The position numbers and the translations under genes were made by a program. A DNA stretch of 61,440 nt, the filler included. It is 5 parts of 5 records of this genome, joined end to end, with 100 filler letters (N's around TTAATTAATTAA, not from the genome) between each part and the next. Parts side by side here need not be neighbours in the genome. Positions count along the whole stretch, not along the records: positions 29,584 to 48,712 come from DRR723986_33105; positions 48,813 to 54,785 come from DRR723986_33121; positions 54,886 to 61,440 come from DRR723986_33146; 2 more parts are not named here. The stretch is one strand, 5' to 3'. The notes under the pieces were generated by a model. That model had not been told where the DNA came from and did no database searches. It was given only the letters and a program-made list of their open reading frames with translations. Below are positions 47,276 to 56,171 of this stretch, in pieces. Position 1 is the stretch's first letter, and each line of letters opens with the position of its first letter.

Positions 47276-47308
47276 AAAAAGGGTGAAAATATTTTTTCAC
47301 CCTTTTTT
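47276..47308. terminator. Intrinsic terminator
   Basis: AAAAAGGGTGAAAA/TTTTCACCCTTTTT stem. Confidence 0.85.
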
Positions 47309-47418
47309 ATTAGCCTAATTTAAGGTTAACAATTATTATTCTATTTATTTTTTTATAATTTGTTGACATAATGGACCTAGTTAAGTTCATTTACTAACTA
47401 AATAAAATCAATATTATT

Positions 47419-47822
47419 ATGACAAATTCTATTAACAAACCACCCATTTGGCTCTAATTTGGAATGCATTAGGCGTCATGGCTTATTTAGGTCGTGCATT
47501 TATGACTGATGAAATGATTGCCGCTTTACCTGAGGAACAACAAGCGGAGTTTTTAGTTGAGTATCCTGCATGGTATACGGCTGCATTCGCGTTAGCAGTA
47601 TTCTGTGGTGCCTTAGGTGCAATAACATTGCTAGTAAAGAAAAAATGGGCTCATCCATTGTTTATTATTTCAGCCTTAGGTGCAATTGTTCAGCATGTTT
47701 ACCTATTTATGAATGTAGAGATGAGTAGTACCCAATTGGTTATGCCAATATTGGTAATTGGAGTCTGCTTATTTTTAATATGGTTTGCTAAAAACGCCAT
47801 ATCAAAGCATTGGATTAAATAA
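47419..47822 (+). pseudogene. Membrane protein gene with an apparent frameshifting deletion near the 5' end
   Basis: ATG 47419 gives MTNSINKPPIWL-stop; the body ALIWNALGVMAYL... is in another frame from 47448. Confidence 0.7.
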
Positions 47823-47842
47823 CTATTAACCAACCAATCTTC

Positions 47843-47877
47843 AAAAAGGTGTTAGGAATTTTCTAAGACCTTTTTTT
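47843..47877. terminator. Probable bidirectional terminator
   Basis: Imperfect stem AAAAAGGTGTTAG/CTAAGACCTTTTT between convergent genes. Confidence 0.6.
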
Positions 47878-48664
47878 ATTCCTCAAAATTAAGACTATGT
47901 AAAATAAGCCCTGATGCAGGTGCTATATAATCCATTACTTCGGTAGAGTCATTTTGCAGAGTTTCTTTTATATAGTTTAAGGATACTTCTCCTCTACCCA
48001 ACTTAATTAAACATCCTACCATTAAACGTATTTGATTACGCATAAATCCTTTTCCCTTGACTTTTAATACATATGATTCCTCAGGAAAGAAATTAGCCCT
48101 GTAAATGGTGTTATCAACAATTTCACATAATTCTATAGATCTAACATACTCACCTTTATTTGTAGCTCTATAACAATAGGTCTTAAAATTATGAGTGCCT
48201 TCAAACAATTTTGCCCCTTTTTTCATCAAATCCACATTAAGAGGCTCTAAAATAGTTGTCAAGATTGGTGCGCAAAAAGGATGATTCTTCTGCCCTTCAG
48301 AAAAAACATAATGGTATTCCTTAATTTTTGAATCTTGAATTATATTAAAATCTTTATCAACTTCCTTAATTGATAATGCTCTAATATCTTGAGGGAGATT
48401 TTGATTGAATGATTCTAAAAACGCGTCAAAATCTGTAATTGGTTCGTTGTAAATGAAAAGTTCTAGAGCTGCCTCATTAGCGGAAACCATAGCATCAGTC
48501 CTACCAGCGCCTAAAGTTTTAAAACGAATATCACCAAGAATGTATTTTAAAGTTCTATCAATCATAAGATGTATCGTTTTCACATCTGGTTGTTTTTGCC
48601 AACCATGAAAACGATAGCCGAGATATTGAAACTTTATAAGGTAATAAAAGCGCTTATCAAACAT
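47876..48664 (-). CDS. truA: tRNA pseudouridine synthase A
   Basis: YLGYRFHGWQKQP, GAGRTDAMV, FEGTHNF, GFMRNQIR, APASGL. Confidence 0.93.
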   Translation of the reverse strand: MFDKRFYYLIKFQYLGYRFHGWQKQPDVKTIHLMIDRTLKYILGDIRFKTLGAGRTDAMVSANEAALELFIYNEPITDFDAFLESFNQNLPQDIRALSIKEVDKDFNIIQDSKIKEYHYVFSEGQKNHPFCAPILTTILEPLNVDLMKKGAKLFEGTHNFKTYCYRATNKGEYVRSIELCEIVDNTIYRANFFPEESYVLKVKGKGFMRNQIRLMVGCLIKLGRGEVSLNYIKETLQNDSTEVMDYIAPASGLILHSLNFEE

Positions 48665-48712
48665 AATGGCAAGAACGTCAATCTATGTCAAATAATAAAA
48701 ATTAATTTTTAT

Positions 48713-48812
48713 NNNNNNNNNNNNNNNNNNNNNNNNNNNNNNNNNNNNNNNNNNNNTTAATTAATTAANNNNNNNNNNNNNNNNNNNNNNNNNNNNNNNN
48801 NNNNNNNNNNNN
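48713..48812. other. Artificial contig spacer
   Basis: N44-TTAATTAATTAA-N44. Confidence 0.99.
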
Positions 48813-48941
48813 CATTGGGTGTAGCACGCTATACGTCCGTGCAACTCGCACTAAGAACTTCGACGCCGCCTGAACCAGACGCTCTCTTACAGCGGGCGGC
48901 TCGCAGAAGTTGGTCAGCCTCTCAAGGAAGCTTCCGCGTTT

Positions 48942-49271
48942 CTAATCTTGAATGTAGGCAAGCCGCAGTGTTGCAAATGGATCAGGCGTCCCAAGAATGG
49001 GGCGGCCCATGTGTTGAAGTGATACCGTTATGACATCTTTCCGATCGACCGCCTCGAGGCTTCTTGGTGCTTGTTCCAACCAGTTGTATACAGCGATTCC
49101 ACGGCGCTGCCGGAACTCCTCGGACTCTTGCTCCACCTCGCCTTCGACAGTTGTAATCAGCGCCATTGCATCTCGGTCGCGATAATCACTCCGCCCTTCA
49201 GGATGCCGGCTACTGGCGAAACAACATAACGGAACGGAGCAGATTACAGCCAAAGATAGTACGCAGCGCAT
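48942..49271 (-). CDS. Hypothetical protein
   Basis: ATG-initiated ORF with a hydrophobic leader; no motif recognised. Confidence 0.35.
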   Translation of the reverse strand: MRCVLSLAVICSVPLCCFASSRHPEGRSDYRDRDAMALITTVEGEVEQESEEFRQRRGIAVYNWLEQAPRSLEAVDRKDVITVSLQHMGRPILGTPDPFATLRLAYIQD

Positions 49272-49363
49272 GGGAGCCTCGAACGTTCGGTCGACTTATG
49301 TGTTTCACTCTTCGTTAGCAGAAGATTCTTTACGGATGCGAGACCACTTCGCCTACTAACCCA

Positions 49364-50056
49364 CTAGGTCTTTCTCAGCCTCTGCAGATGAACGTCAGCA
49401 ACTTCTAGGCCAATACTAGTGACGATAGCAACCAACTCTGCATGCCCACTCACATTCAGTTTATTGCTAATCGATGACTTGTGACGCTCCACCGTCTTCG
49501 AGCTCCGGTGCAGCATCTTTGCTGTTTCAGGAACGCTTAGGCCGTGCCCCAATAAGACTAAGACTTCAAGCTCCCTGTCGCTCAATACTTCAAGAGGGCC
49601 AAGATCAATGTACTGGCTGTGCACTACTTCAAGATCTGCTTCCGAAAAACTCGGCAACTGATCCGTTCCGCTACGGGTCACAACCAGTACGCGTGGCAAG
49701 ACTCCGTCTGCACCTTCGACCGGCCAAATAGTTGAAACTATTCGGTGACCATGATAGATGTGCTTGATTGATAGGGGGCGGCCTTCTTCTGTAACTCGCT
49801 TGATAAGCAACAAACGCTCTCGAACAAACGCTTCGGGATGAAAGTCGGCGATGTACTTGCCCAAGTAGTCGACGCCTGTTTCTTCGTTGAAGAATACCTG
49901 TGCAGTCTCGTTTACGAAGATAAGTCTGCCCTCTACGTCAGTGAGACTTACCCCAACTCCGGGCGTCTGTGAGAGAACCTGCCATATTGCTTGAGCACCG
50001 ATACCGGGAGGGCTGCGATGTTTGAGATTGGCATCTGGACCAATGCTATCGGACAT
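49364..50056 (-). CDS. PAS-domain LuxR-family transcriptional regulator
   Basis: PAS-like (DVEGRLIFVN, GKYIADF) plus LuxR HTH (LSDRELEVL, SSKTVERHKSSI..KL); GGAG RBS before the ATG at 50056. Confidence 0.9.
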   Translation of the reverse strand: MSDSIGPDANLKHRSPPGIGAQAIWQVLSQTPGVGVSLTDVEGRLIFVNETAQVFFNEETGVDYLGKYIADFHPEAFVRERLLLIKRVTEEGRPLSIKHIYHGHRIVSTIWPVEGADGVLPRVLVVTRSGTDQLPSFSEADLEVVHSQYIDLGPLEVLSDRELEVLVLLGHGLSVPETAKMLHRSSKTVERHKSSISNKLNVSGHAELVAIVTSIGLEVADVHLQRLRKT

Positions 50057-50394
50057 GAGCTTTATTCTCCGGGTGAGGCCCAAGGTGCCGCACAGCGACG
50101 GAGCTTGATGGCTTGGCGATATCAGTCGATAGGCGAAGACGTGTGAGTCATTGCGTCCCCCCCGATAAAGCATCGCATTGGATGTATCCCCTCATGCAGA
50201 CACCACAGACTGTTCCCCGATATCCCTCAATGAGCAGGTGGCAACACACTTGCTTCATTGTGGCGGGTGCGGGGAGCTGGGGTAGCTCCTCGCGTCTGCC
50301 CACACCATCGTGGCACTACAAAACACAACTGCTACACAACACTGAAGTGTACCGAGACGCGTCCAAGCGATACGCTTTGCCGAGAAATGCCGGC

Positions 50395-50985
50395 TTATGT
50401 ACTCGGCAAGTCCTTCGGCTGCTGCTTTTGGGATTGGTCGTTGGCTTCGGTCATTAAGAATGAGTGGACGGCCAACATGATCGCGCCAACGACTAAAAAG
50501 CTATCGGCGAGATTAAAGTTCGGCCAAACCAAATCTGGAGAGGCCTGAATCAAAATCCAGTCTCTTACACCGCTACTCCAACTGGGCATCGAGGCAGGTG
50601 GATTCCACATGCCCAATCGATCATAGAGGTTGCCGAAAATTCCAGACGTGACCAAGCCCAGAGCAGCCACGAGCCACCAGCTCTCAATCGCTCGGAAACG
50701 AACCAACCAAACGATGATCCCGATGGTTGCGACGATACTTAATCCGGCAAAGACGCTTCCAAAACCAGCCCCCATACCAAATAAAGCACCGGGGTTAACG
50801 GCTGTTTGGATACCAAAGTACCCTTCCACGATCCAATGCGGAGGATTCGTTCCGGGAAGTCCAAGCCAAGCGAATACAGCGGACTTGGTCCAAAGGTCGA
50901 CAATTGTTCCAGCAATGGCCAATCCGATGAAGACGCCCCAACGAGCCAAGGTCGCTTGTGAGCTCAGCTCGTTCGTTCTCGACAC
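50395..50985 (-). CDS. lspA: Lipoprotein signal peptidase II
   Basis: DLWTK, NPGALFG, GNLYDR, VRDWI, WPNFNLAD; GTG at 50985, 1 bp after the dksA stop. Confidence 0.95.
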   Translation of the reverse strand: MSRTNELSSQATLARWGVFIGLAIAGTIVDLWTKSAVFAWLGLPGTNPPHWIVEGYFGIQTAVNPGALFGMGAGFGSVFAGLSIVATIGIIVWLVRFRAIESWWLVAALGLVTSGIFGNLYDRLGMWNPPASMPSWSSGVRDWILIQASPDLVWPNFNLADSFLVVGAIMLAVHSFLMTEANDQSQKQQPKDLPST

Positions 50986-50986
50986 G

Positions 50987-52060
50987 CTAGCCTTCCAGCT
51001 TAGAGGAACACTCGACACAGTATGGGGTATCCGGAATGATTTGAAGTCGTGCTTTTGGAATGCGTTTTGTGCATTCTTCGCACAGACCGTACGAATTCGC
51101 AGCGATCTTTTCAAGAGCAGCTTCGATTCGCTCGAGCCGGTCCCCGTCGTTTGAAAGCAGGTTGAGTGTAAATTCTTGTTCGAAGCTGTGATTCCCTACC
51201 TCGGCAGGGTGAATTGGAGCGTGATTGTCAGCGGCAGAATTACCGTCGCCCAGAGCTTCTTTGCTCATCATGCTAACATCGCCGCGCAAGCGGGCTCGAA
51301 TCGCAATCAGCAGCGCCTTGAACTTCTGAGCTTCTTCTCCAACGATGGGTTGCCCAGCTTTCTTGGGCTTCAGTGGTGGCGGTGCCTGACCGATTCCAGG
51401 CAGCCGAGCGACCTTGGCAACCGGAGTAGCCTTCTTAGTTGCTGCGGTCTTGGACGGCGTTCCCTTCGGTTTGTCGGCGGCCTTGGCAACTCTCGCACTT
51501 GCCTTTGAGATTGTCTCCGCCTTAGCTGCCGTTGAAGCAGCGGCCTTCGCGGCTGGTTTCTTGGCTGCTGGAGTTTTCGGGGCAGCCTTTTTTGCTGCTG
51601 CCTTTTTCGCAGGAGCGGCTTTCTTCGTCGAAGTGGCCGTTTGGCTAGCCTGCTTCTTTACTGAAGACTTCTTCGCTGATTTCGCAGCGGTCTTCTTTGA
51701 AGCCGCTTTCTTGGCCGATGCAGCCACAGATTTCTTTGTCGGAGCCTTCGTTGACTTCTTTGCAGGAGCTTTCTTGGCGGCAGGCTTCTTCGCAGTGGAT
51801 TTCTTGGCAGTAGATTTCTTAACTGGCGACTTCTTGGCGGCAGATTTTTTCGTGACAGCCTTCTTCGTTGCTGTCTTAGCCGCAGGCTTTTTGGCTGCGG
51901 GAGATTTCTTCGCTGCGGGTGACTTTTTGGCCACGCTTTTCTTTGTGGCAACTTTCTTAGAAGCGGCCTTCTTGGTTGTCTTGGCGCTGGCCGCTTTTCC
52001 GGCGGAAGCGGAGCGAGCCTTCGTGGCGGTCTTCTTAGACGTCTTTTTCTTGGCGCTCAA
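50987..52060 (-). CDS. TraR/DksA C4-zinc-finger protein with long Lys/Ala-rich histone-H1-like N-terminus
   Basis: IEAALEKI..SYGLCEEC..IPKARL..IP....CVEC; roughly 230 aa of KKxxA repeats. Confidence 0.92.
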   Translation of the reverse strand: MSAKKKTSKKTATKARSASAGKAASAKTTKKAASKKVATKKSVAKKSPAAKKSPAAKKPAAKTATKKAVTKKSAAKKSPVKKSTAKKSTAKKPAAKKAPAKKSTKAPTKKSVAASAKKAASKKTAAKSAKKSSVKKQASQTATSTKKAAPAKKAAAKKAAPKTPAAKKPAAKAAASTAAKAETISKASARVAKAADKPKGTPSKTAATKKATPVAKVARLPGIGQAPPPLKPKKAGQPIVGEEAQKFKALLIAIRARLRGDVSMMSKEALGDGNSAADNHAPIHPAEVGNHSFEQEFTLNLLSNDGDRLERIEAALEKIAANSYGLCEECTKRIPKARLQIIPDTPYCVECSSKLEG

Positions 52061-52350
52061 TGCTCTATCCCGTTCACTCAGGCTGAATTAAGCCAATTAC
52101 CCTAGGTTGGAGAAACCGATGGATCGGATTCCGCGTCCGCTAACTCAATCCGCAGATGATTCCTCAGCACGACCCCTCAATTCAAGGGGGCGGCGCGTCG
52201 CAAAGGTACTCAAAAACGGGTATTCTGTCACACTACATGGCATACTTTATGAGAATCGCAAAGCCAGCACAGTCCCATTCGTCGATAGAACTGCAAAGTT
52301 GAATGAATCGCGAACTCAGTAATCAAAAAACCCCGCAGGGCAGGTGAAAT

Positions 52351-53787
52351 ATGGCCGACACACAGTTGGCATCCGCTTCTCGGAAGCCTCTACATAGCGG
52401 TGACGCCTTCTTAAAGTGCATCAACCCCCTCTGCGGAACCACACTGGATGTTGGTCAATTGCAAACAGCGTGCCCCAAATGTGGGGACCTGCTTGATATA
52501 GAATACGACTGGGCATCAATAGCGGTTCCAAAACGCCTGAAGGATTTTGAGCAAATGTGGTCGGAGCGCCACGAATCGCTCCGATTCAGCGGCGTCTGGC
52601 GCTTCCACGAGCTGCTAAAGTTTGCACCGCCCGAAAAAGTAGTCACAGCGGGTGAAGGCCAAACCCTACTGCAGAAGGCCGACCGGGTCGGTGAGTTTGT
52701 TGGCGTTCAGCCGGGCAATTTGTTCCTTCAATACGAAGGAATGAATCCGTCGGGCAGCTTCAAAGACAACGGGATGTGTGCCGCATTCACGCATGCCAAC
52801 ATGATCGGAGCCAAACGTGCCGCCTGCGCATCGACGGGGAACACCAGCGCTTCGTTGGCCATGTACTCGGCCGTCACGCGGCAGATGAAAGCGGTCATTT
52901 TTATCGGCAGTGGAAAGATCTCCTACGGCAAACTCTCCCAGGCGCTCGAGTATGGCGCACTGACGGTTCAGCTAGCTGGAGACTTTGACGACGCAATGAT
53001 TCGAGTCAAAGAAGTCGCCGCCGACTTGGGAATCTACTTGGTCAACAGCATCAACCCATTCCGTCTGGAAGGCCAAAAGACGGTCATGATGCGCGTGCTC
53101 GAAGCACTCCGCTGGGAAGTCCCGGACTGGATCGTAGTACCGGGCGGCAATCTTGGAAACTCGAGCGCCTTCGGCAAGGCGTTCATGGAACTGAAGAAGC
53201 TTGGCCTCATCGACCGGGTCCCACGTTTAGCAGTCATCAACGCGGGCGGAGCGGACACACTTTACCAGCTCTATCACCGCCGGAATCTTCGTTGGAACGA
53301 TGGCAAGCCCGACATGTCAATCGCTTGCCACTACTATGACGACCTCGACGCGCGTGGAGCCAAAGCGGACACGATTGCAAGCGCGATCGAAATCAACAGG
53401 CCTGTGAACCTGAAGAAGTGCCTACGAGCGCTCGATTTTTGCGATGGAGTTGTACGCAAAGTCAGCGACCAAGAAATCTTGGACGCGAAAGCACAAGTTG
53501 GGGCAGGCGGCATAGGCTGTGAACCTGCCAGCGCCGCGAGTGTTGCCGGTGCACGCCTGTTACGAGAAGAAGGGGTCATTGCCCCGAGTGAACGAGTTGT
53601 TTGCATCCTAACCGGACACCAACTGAAAGATCCGACCGCAACGGTCGCCTATCACTCAACGGACCAAGGAAAATTCGACGAAGTGCTCGGGAGTCGCGGT
53701 ATCCAACGGGCGTCGTTTGCCAATCGTGCCATCGCGGTCCCCAACGACCTCGATGCAATCGTCAAGGCGATCCAACTTTACAGTTAG
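52351..53787 (+). CDS. thrC: Threonine synthase
   Basis: [11 protein letters not shown] (PLP lysine), [45 protein letters not shown]. Confidence 0.95.
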   Translation: MADTQLASASRKPLHSGDAFLKCINPLCGTTLDVGQLQTACPKCGDLLDIEYDWASIAVPKRLKDFEQMWSERHESLRFSGVWRFHELLKFAPPEKVVTAGEGQTLLQKADRVGEFVGVQPGNLFLQYEGMNPSGSFKDNGMCAAFTHANMIGAKRAACASTGNTSASLAMYSAVTRQMKAVIFIGSGKISYGKLSQALEYGALTVQLAGDFDDAMIRVKEVAADLGIYLVNSINPFRLEGQKTVMMRVLEALRWEVPDWIVVPGGNLGNSSAFGKAFMELKKLGLIDRVPRLAVINAGGADTLYQLYHRRNLRWNDGKPDMSIACHYYDDLDARGAKADTIASAIEINRPVNLKKCLRALDFCDGVVRKVSDQEILDAKAQVGAGGIGCEPASAASVAGARLLREEGVIAPSERVVCILTGHQLKDPTATVAYHSTDQGKFDEVLGSRGIQRASFANRAIAVPNDLDAIVKAIQLYS

Positions 53788-53884
53788 TTGCTCACGAGCC
53801 TATTGTTTCAGCCGGATTATCGTCACGACGAAAATTTGATCGCACAGCGACTCTAGCTACATCTCGACACGAGGGACCGAACAA

Positions 53885-54541
53885 CTAGTTGTTTTCGGGA
53901 TCAGCGATGGGTGGTCGATAACCGCCGCCAGGCAAAATGCCCGCTTCGGGAATACGCGTTGGTGGCAGCCCGTTAGGCTGGAAGAAGCCGGGCTGAGGTC
54001 CACTTGGATTTACCGTCACCGGTGGTGGCACGGCTGGCGGAAGACCTTGTGCGGGCTGCAGCGGCTCGAATGACGGCACGGTTGGTGCAACAGTATCGCC
54101 AAAACTGCTTGGGGTCTGTGTTGGTGGCGGTGAGACCGCAATGGCTTGCGACGCCTGCAAACGCAGCTCATTGCCCTTGGCTCGAATCTCTTCCATCGAC
54201 GAATAATCCGCTGGGACCATTTCCACATCAATGGTTCGCTTGTCACGAATCTCGGCTGGCCACAGCGTCTCGGAGATAAAATCCAAGGGCGGTATCTGGT
54301 ACCACGGCGGCGTAAAGCTTCGCCAAATTCGCTCGGTCCGGTAGCCATCGGCGACGAGCTCGATTTCGCGTGTCCCGTAATACTTGAAGTTCGTTGATAT
54401 AGGCGTTTGGCCTACGTATTGCTTATCCACATAAACACTTGCTCCCGCCGGATTCGAACGGACAGTCAACCGCCGGCGCACGCAACCGCTCATGAGAACC
54501 AAAATGGTCACAATCAGAAGTGATGGTGCGTAACGCGTCAC
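53885..54541 (-). CDS. PEGA-domain lipoprotein with Pro-rich tail
   Basis: Lipobox MSGC, VRSNPAGASVYVD...GQTP, PPWYQIPPLDF. Confidence 0.88.
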   Translation of the reverse strand: MTRYAPSLLIVTILVLMSGCVRRRLTVRSNPAGASVYVDKQYVGQTPISTNFKYYGTREIELVADGYRTERIWRSFTPPWYQIPPLDFISETLWPAEIRDKRTIDVEMVPADYSSMEEIRAKGNELRLQASQAIAVSPPPTQTPSSFGDTVAPTVPSFEPLQPAQGLPPAVPPPVTVNPSGPQPGFFQPNGLPPTRIPEAGILPGGGYRPPIADPENN

Positions 54542-54755
54542 GGTAAGGAAACCTCGTGGTTATGGCGAGGAAACGACGACGATCGAAGGCTGGTTCCTGC
54601 GAGTCGCTCGATTGAGGCTCTTGCCAAATGCACCCTGTGAAATTGTTTCATCCAAGCCGGGCGACCGCGCGAGTATAGAAAGGCAACTTCATTGGTCGCT
54701 AGACCAGTTCCGTTTGCGAGATTACGAGTCGGTTACCCTGGTAGCTTGTGTGACA

Positions 54756-54785
54756 GGCAGGCTGGGTCGCGGCAGGCTGGGTCGC
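54756..54785. repeat. 15-bp tandem repeat GGCAGGCTGGGTCGC x2 at contig end
   Basis: Two exact copies abutting the spacer. Confidence 0.85.
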
Positions 54786-54885
54786 NNNNNNNNNNNNNNN
54801 NNNNNNNNNNNNNNNNNNNNNNNNNNNNNTTAATTAATTAANNNNNNNNNNNNNNNNNNNNNNNNNNNNNNNNNNNNNNNNNNNN
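54786..54885. other. Artificial contig spacer
   Basis: N44-TTAATTAATTAA-N44. Confidence 0.99.
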
Positions 54886-54915
54886 CGAAAATCGAAAATC
54901 GAAAATCGAAAATCG
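54886..54915. repeat. Heptamer tandem repeat CGAAAAT x4 at contig start
   Basis: Four exact units plus CG, immediately 3' of the metH-N stop. Confidence 0.9.
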
Positions 54916-54922
54916 TCATTTG

Positions 54923-55900
54923 TCATCTCGCATTTTCCACCAATTCCGCCATTGCTTTAATATGCGCTGGAGTTGTTCCGCAACATCCACCAACGATATT
55001 TACTAATCCTTCATCAAGGAAAGTTTTAATTTGATCTGCCATTATTTCTGGAGTTTCATCATATTCTCCCATTTCATTTGGTAATCCTGCGTTAGGATGC
55101 GCCGAAACATAAAAAGGAGCTTTCTTTTTCAATACCTGTAAATAAGGTCTCAAAGCAGATGCCCCTAAAGCACAGTTCAGACCAATACTCAGCAAGTTCG
55201 CATGTTCAACAGAAATCAAAAAGGCTTCCGCAGTCTGACCAGATAATGTTCTACCTGAAGCATCAGTTATTGTTCCAGAAACCATGATTGGAATGTTGGT
55301 TCCTAATTCTTCTTGACACTCATCAATAGCGAACAAGGCTGCCTTTGCGTTCAAGGTATCAAACACAGTTTCCACTAATAAAATGTCAGATCCTCCTTCA
55401 ATTAGTCCTTTGGCTTGCTCTTTATAAGCAATAACCAATTTTTCAAAAGTTGTCGCTCTAAATCCGGGATCATTGACATCTGGAGATATGGACAAGGTCA
55501 TATTCGTTGGTCCCATTGAACCTGCAACAAATCTTGGTTTGTCCGGATTCATCTGGGTGTATTTATCACAAGCTGCCTTCGCTACTTTTGCTCCATGATA
55601 ATTGATTTCATAAGCGTATTTCTCTAAACCATAATCGGCCTGAGCGATCGTAGTTCCTGAGAAAGTATTTGTTTCGATAATGTCAGAACCTGCCTCTAAA
55701 TACGCCTCGTGAATCGCCTGAATAACATCAGGACGAGTCATAGACAGTAAATCATTATTCCCTTTTAAAGGTTTATCATGATCTTCAAACCATCCTTTTC
55801 TGAAATCATCTTCACCTAACTTGTAAGCTTGAATTTCAGTACCCATTGCACCGTCAAGTACAAGGATTCTCTCTTTTATTAATTCTCTAATATCCGCCAT
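54923..55900 (-). CDS. metH: Cobalamin-dependent methionine synthase, stand-alone homocysteine-binding domain (split MetH)
   Basis: [54 protein letters not shown]; stop after 325 aa; ATG at 55900. Confidence 0.95.
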   Translation of the reverse strand: MADIRELIKERILVLDGAMGTEIQAYKLGEDDFRKGWFEDHDKPLKGNNDLLSMTRPDVIQAIHEAYLEAGSDIIETNTFSGTTIAQADYGLEKYAYEINYHGAKVAKAACDKYTQMNPDKPRFVAGSMGPTNMTLSISPDVNDPGFRATTFEKLVIAYKEQAKGLIEGGSDILLVETVFDTLNAKAALFAIDECQEELGTNIPIMVSGTITDASGRTLSGQTAEAFLISVEHANLLSIGLNCALGASALRPYLQVLKKKAPFYVSAHPNAGLPNEMGEYDETPEIMADQIKTFLDEGLVNIVGGCCGTTPAHIKAMAELVENAR

Positions 55901-55941
55901 AAGCAAATGTTCGTGCGGACCGGTATGTAATTGAAATCTTG

Positions 55942-56069
55942 ACTTATATTTTCTATGGACACTGAGCGTAGCCGAAGTGCGCATAGAAAGGAATTGGCAC
56001 CTTATCAGAATTGAATCTGTCGGTTGCCAAGGTTTCAAAGGGCCGGTCCCTCCACCTTTCTTTATAAGT
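55942..56069 (-). ncRNA. SAM-I (S-box) riboswitch
   Basis: Minus strand ACUUAUA-AAGAAAGGUGGAGGGACCGGCCCUUUGAAACCUU-GGCAACC...GGUGCCAAUUCC-P4-UAUAAGU; P1-P4 and the kink-turn are recognisable; directly upstream of metH. Confidence 0.93.
55958..55980. repeat. REP-like unit GACACTGAGCGTAGCCGAAGTGC within riboswitch P4
   Basis: Shares the ACTGAGC...CGAAGT core with the inverted pair at 57525-57597. Confidence 0.75.
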
Positions 56070-56087
56070 TTAAAATAAGAACGTGTA

Positions 56088-56095
56088 CAAAGATA
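56088..56095 (-). promoter_or_regulatory. Bacteroidota -7 promoter element TATCTTTG for the riboswitch-metH transcript
   Basis: Exact TAnnTTTG about 18 bp upstream of P1. Confidence 0.7.
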
Positions 56096-56171
56096 AGTTG
56101 AATCTTTTTAATACGGAATTTATTTGCAAATTAAACCTACGGCACAAATCTTGGTCTTACGAATACAAGCT

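Noticed and set aside
8663-52060. Functional link between the Hc1 gene and the H1-like tail on DksA
   Set aside because: They lie on different contigs from different phyla; co-occurrence is an artefact of concatenation.
51414-52091. 225-aa Ala/Phe-rich plus-strand ORF resembling a membrane protein
   Set aside because: Antisense shadow of the Lys/Ala repeats of the DksA-like gene.
55901-56038. 46-aa N-terminal extension of MetH in the ORF track
   Set aside because: It runs through the SAM-I riboswitch; MetH similarity starts at the ATG at 55900.
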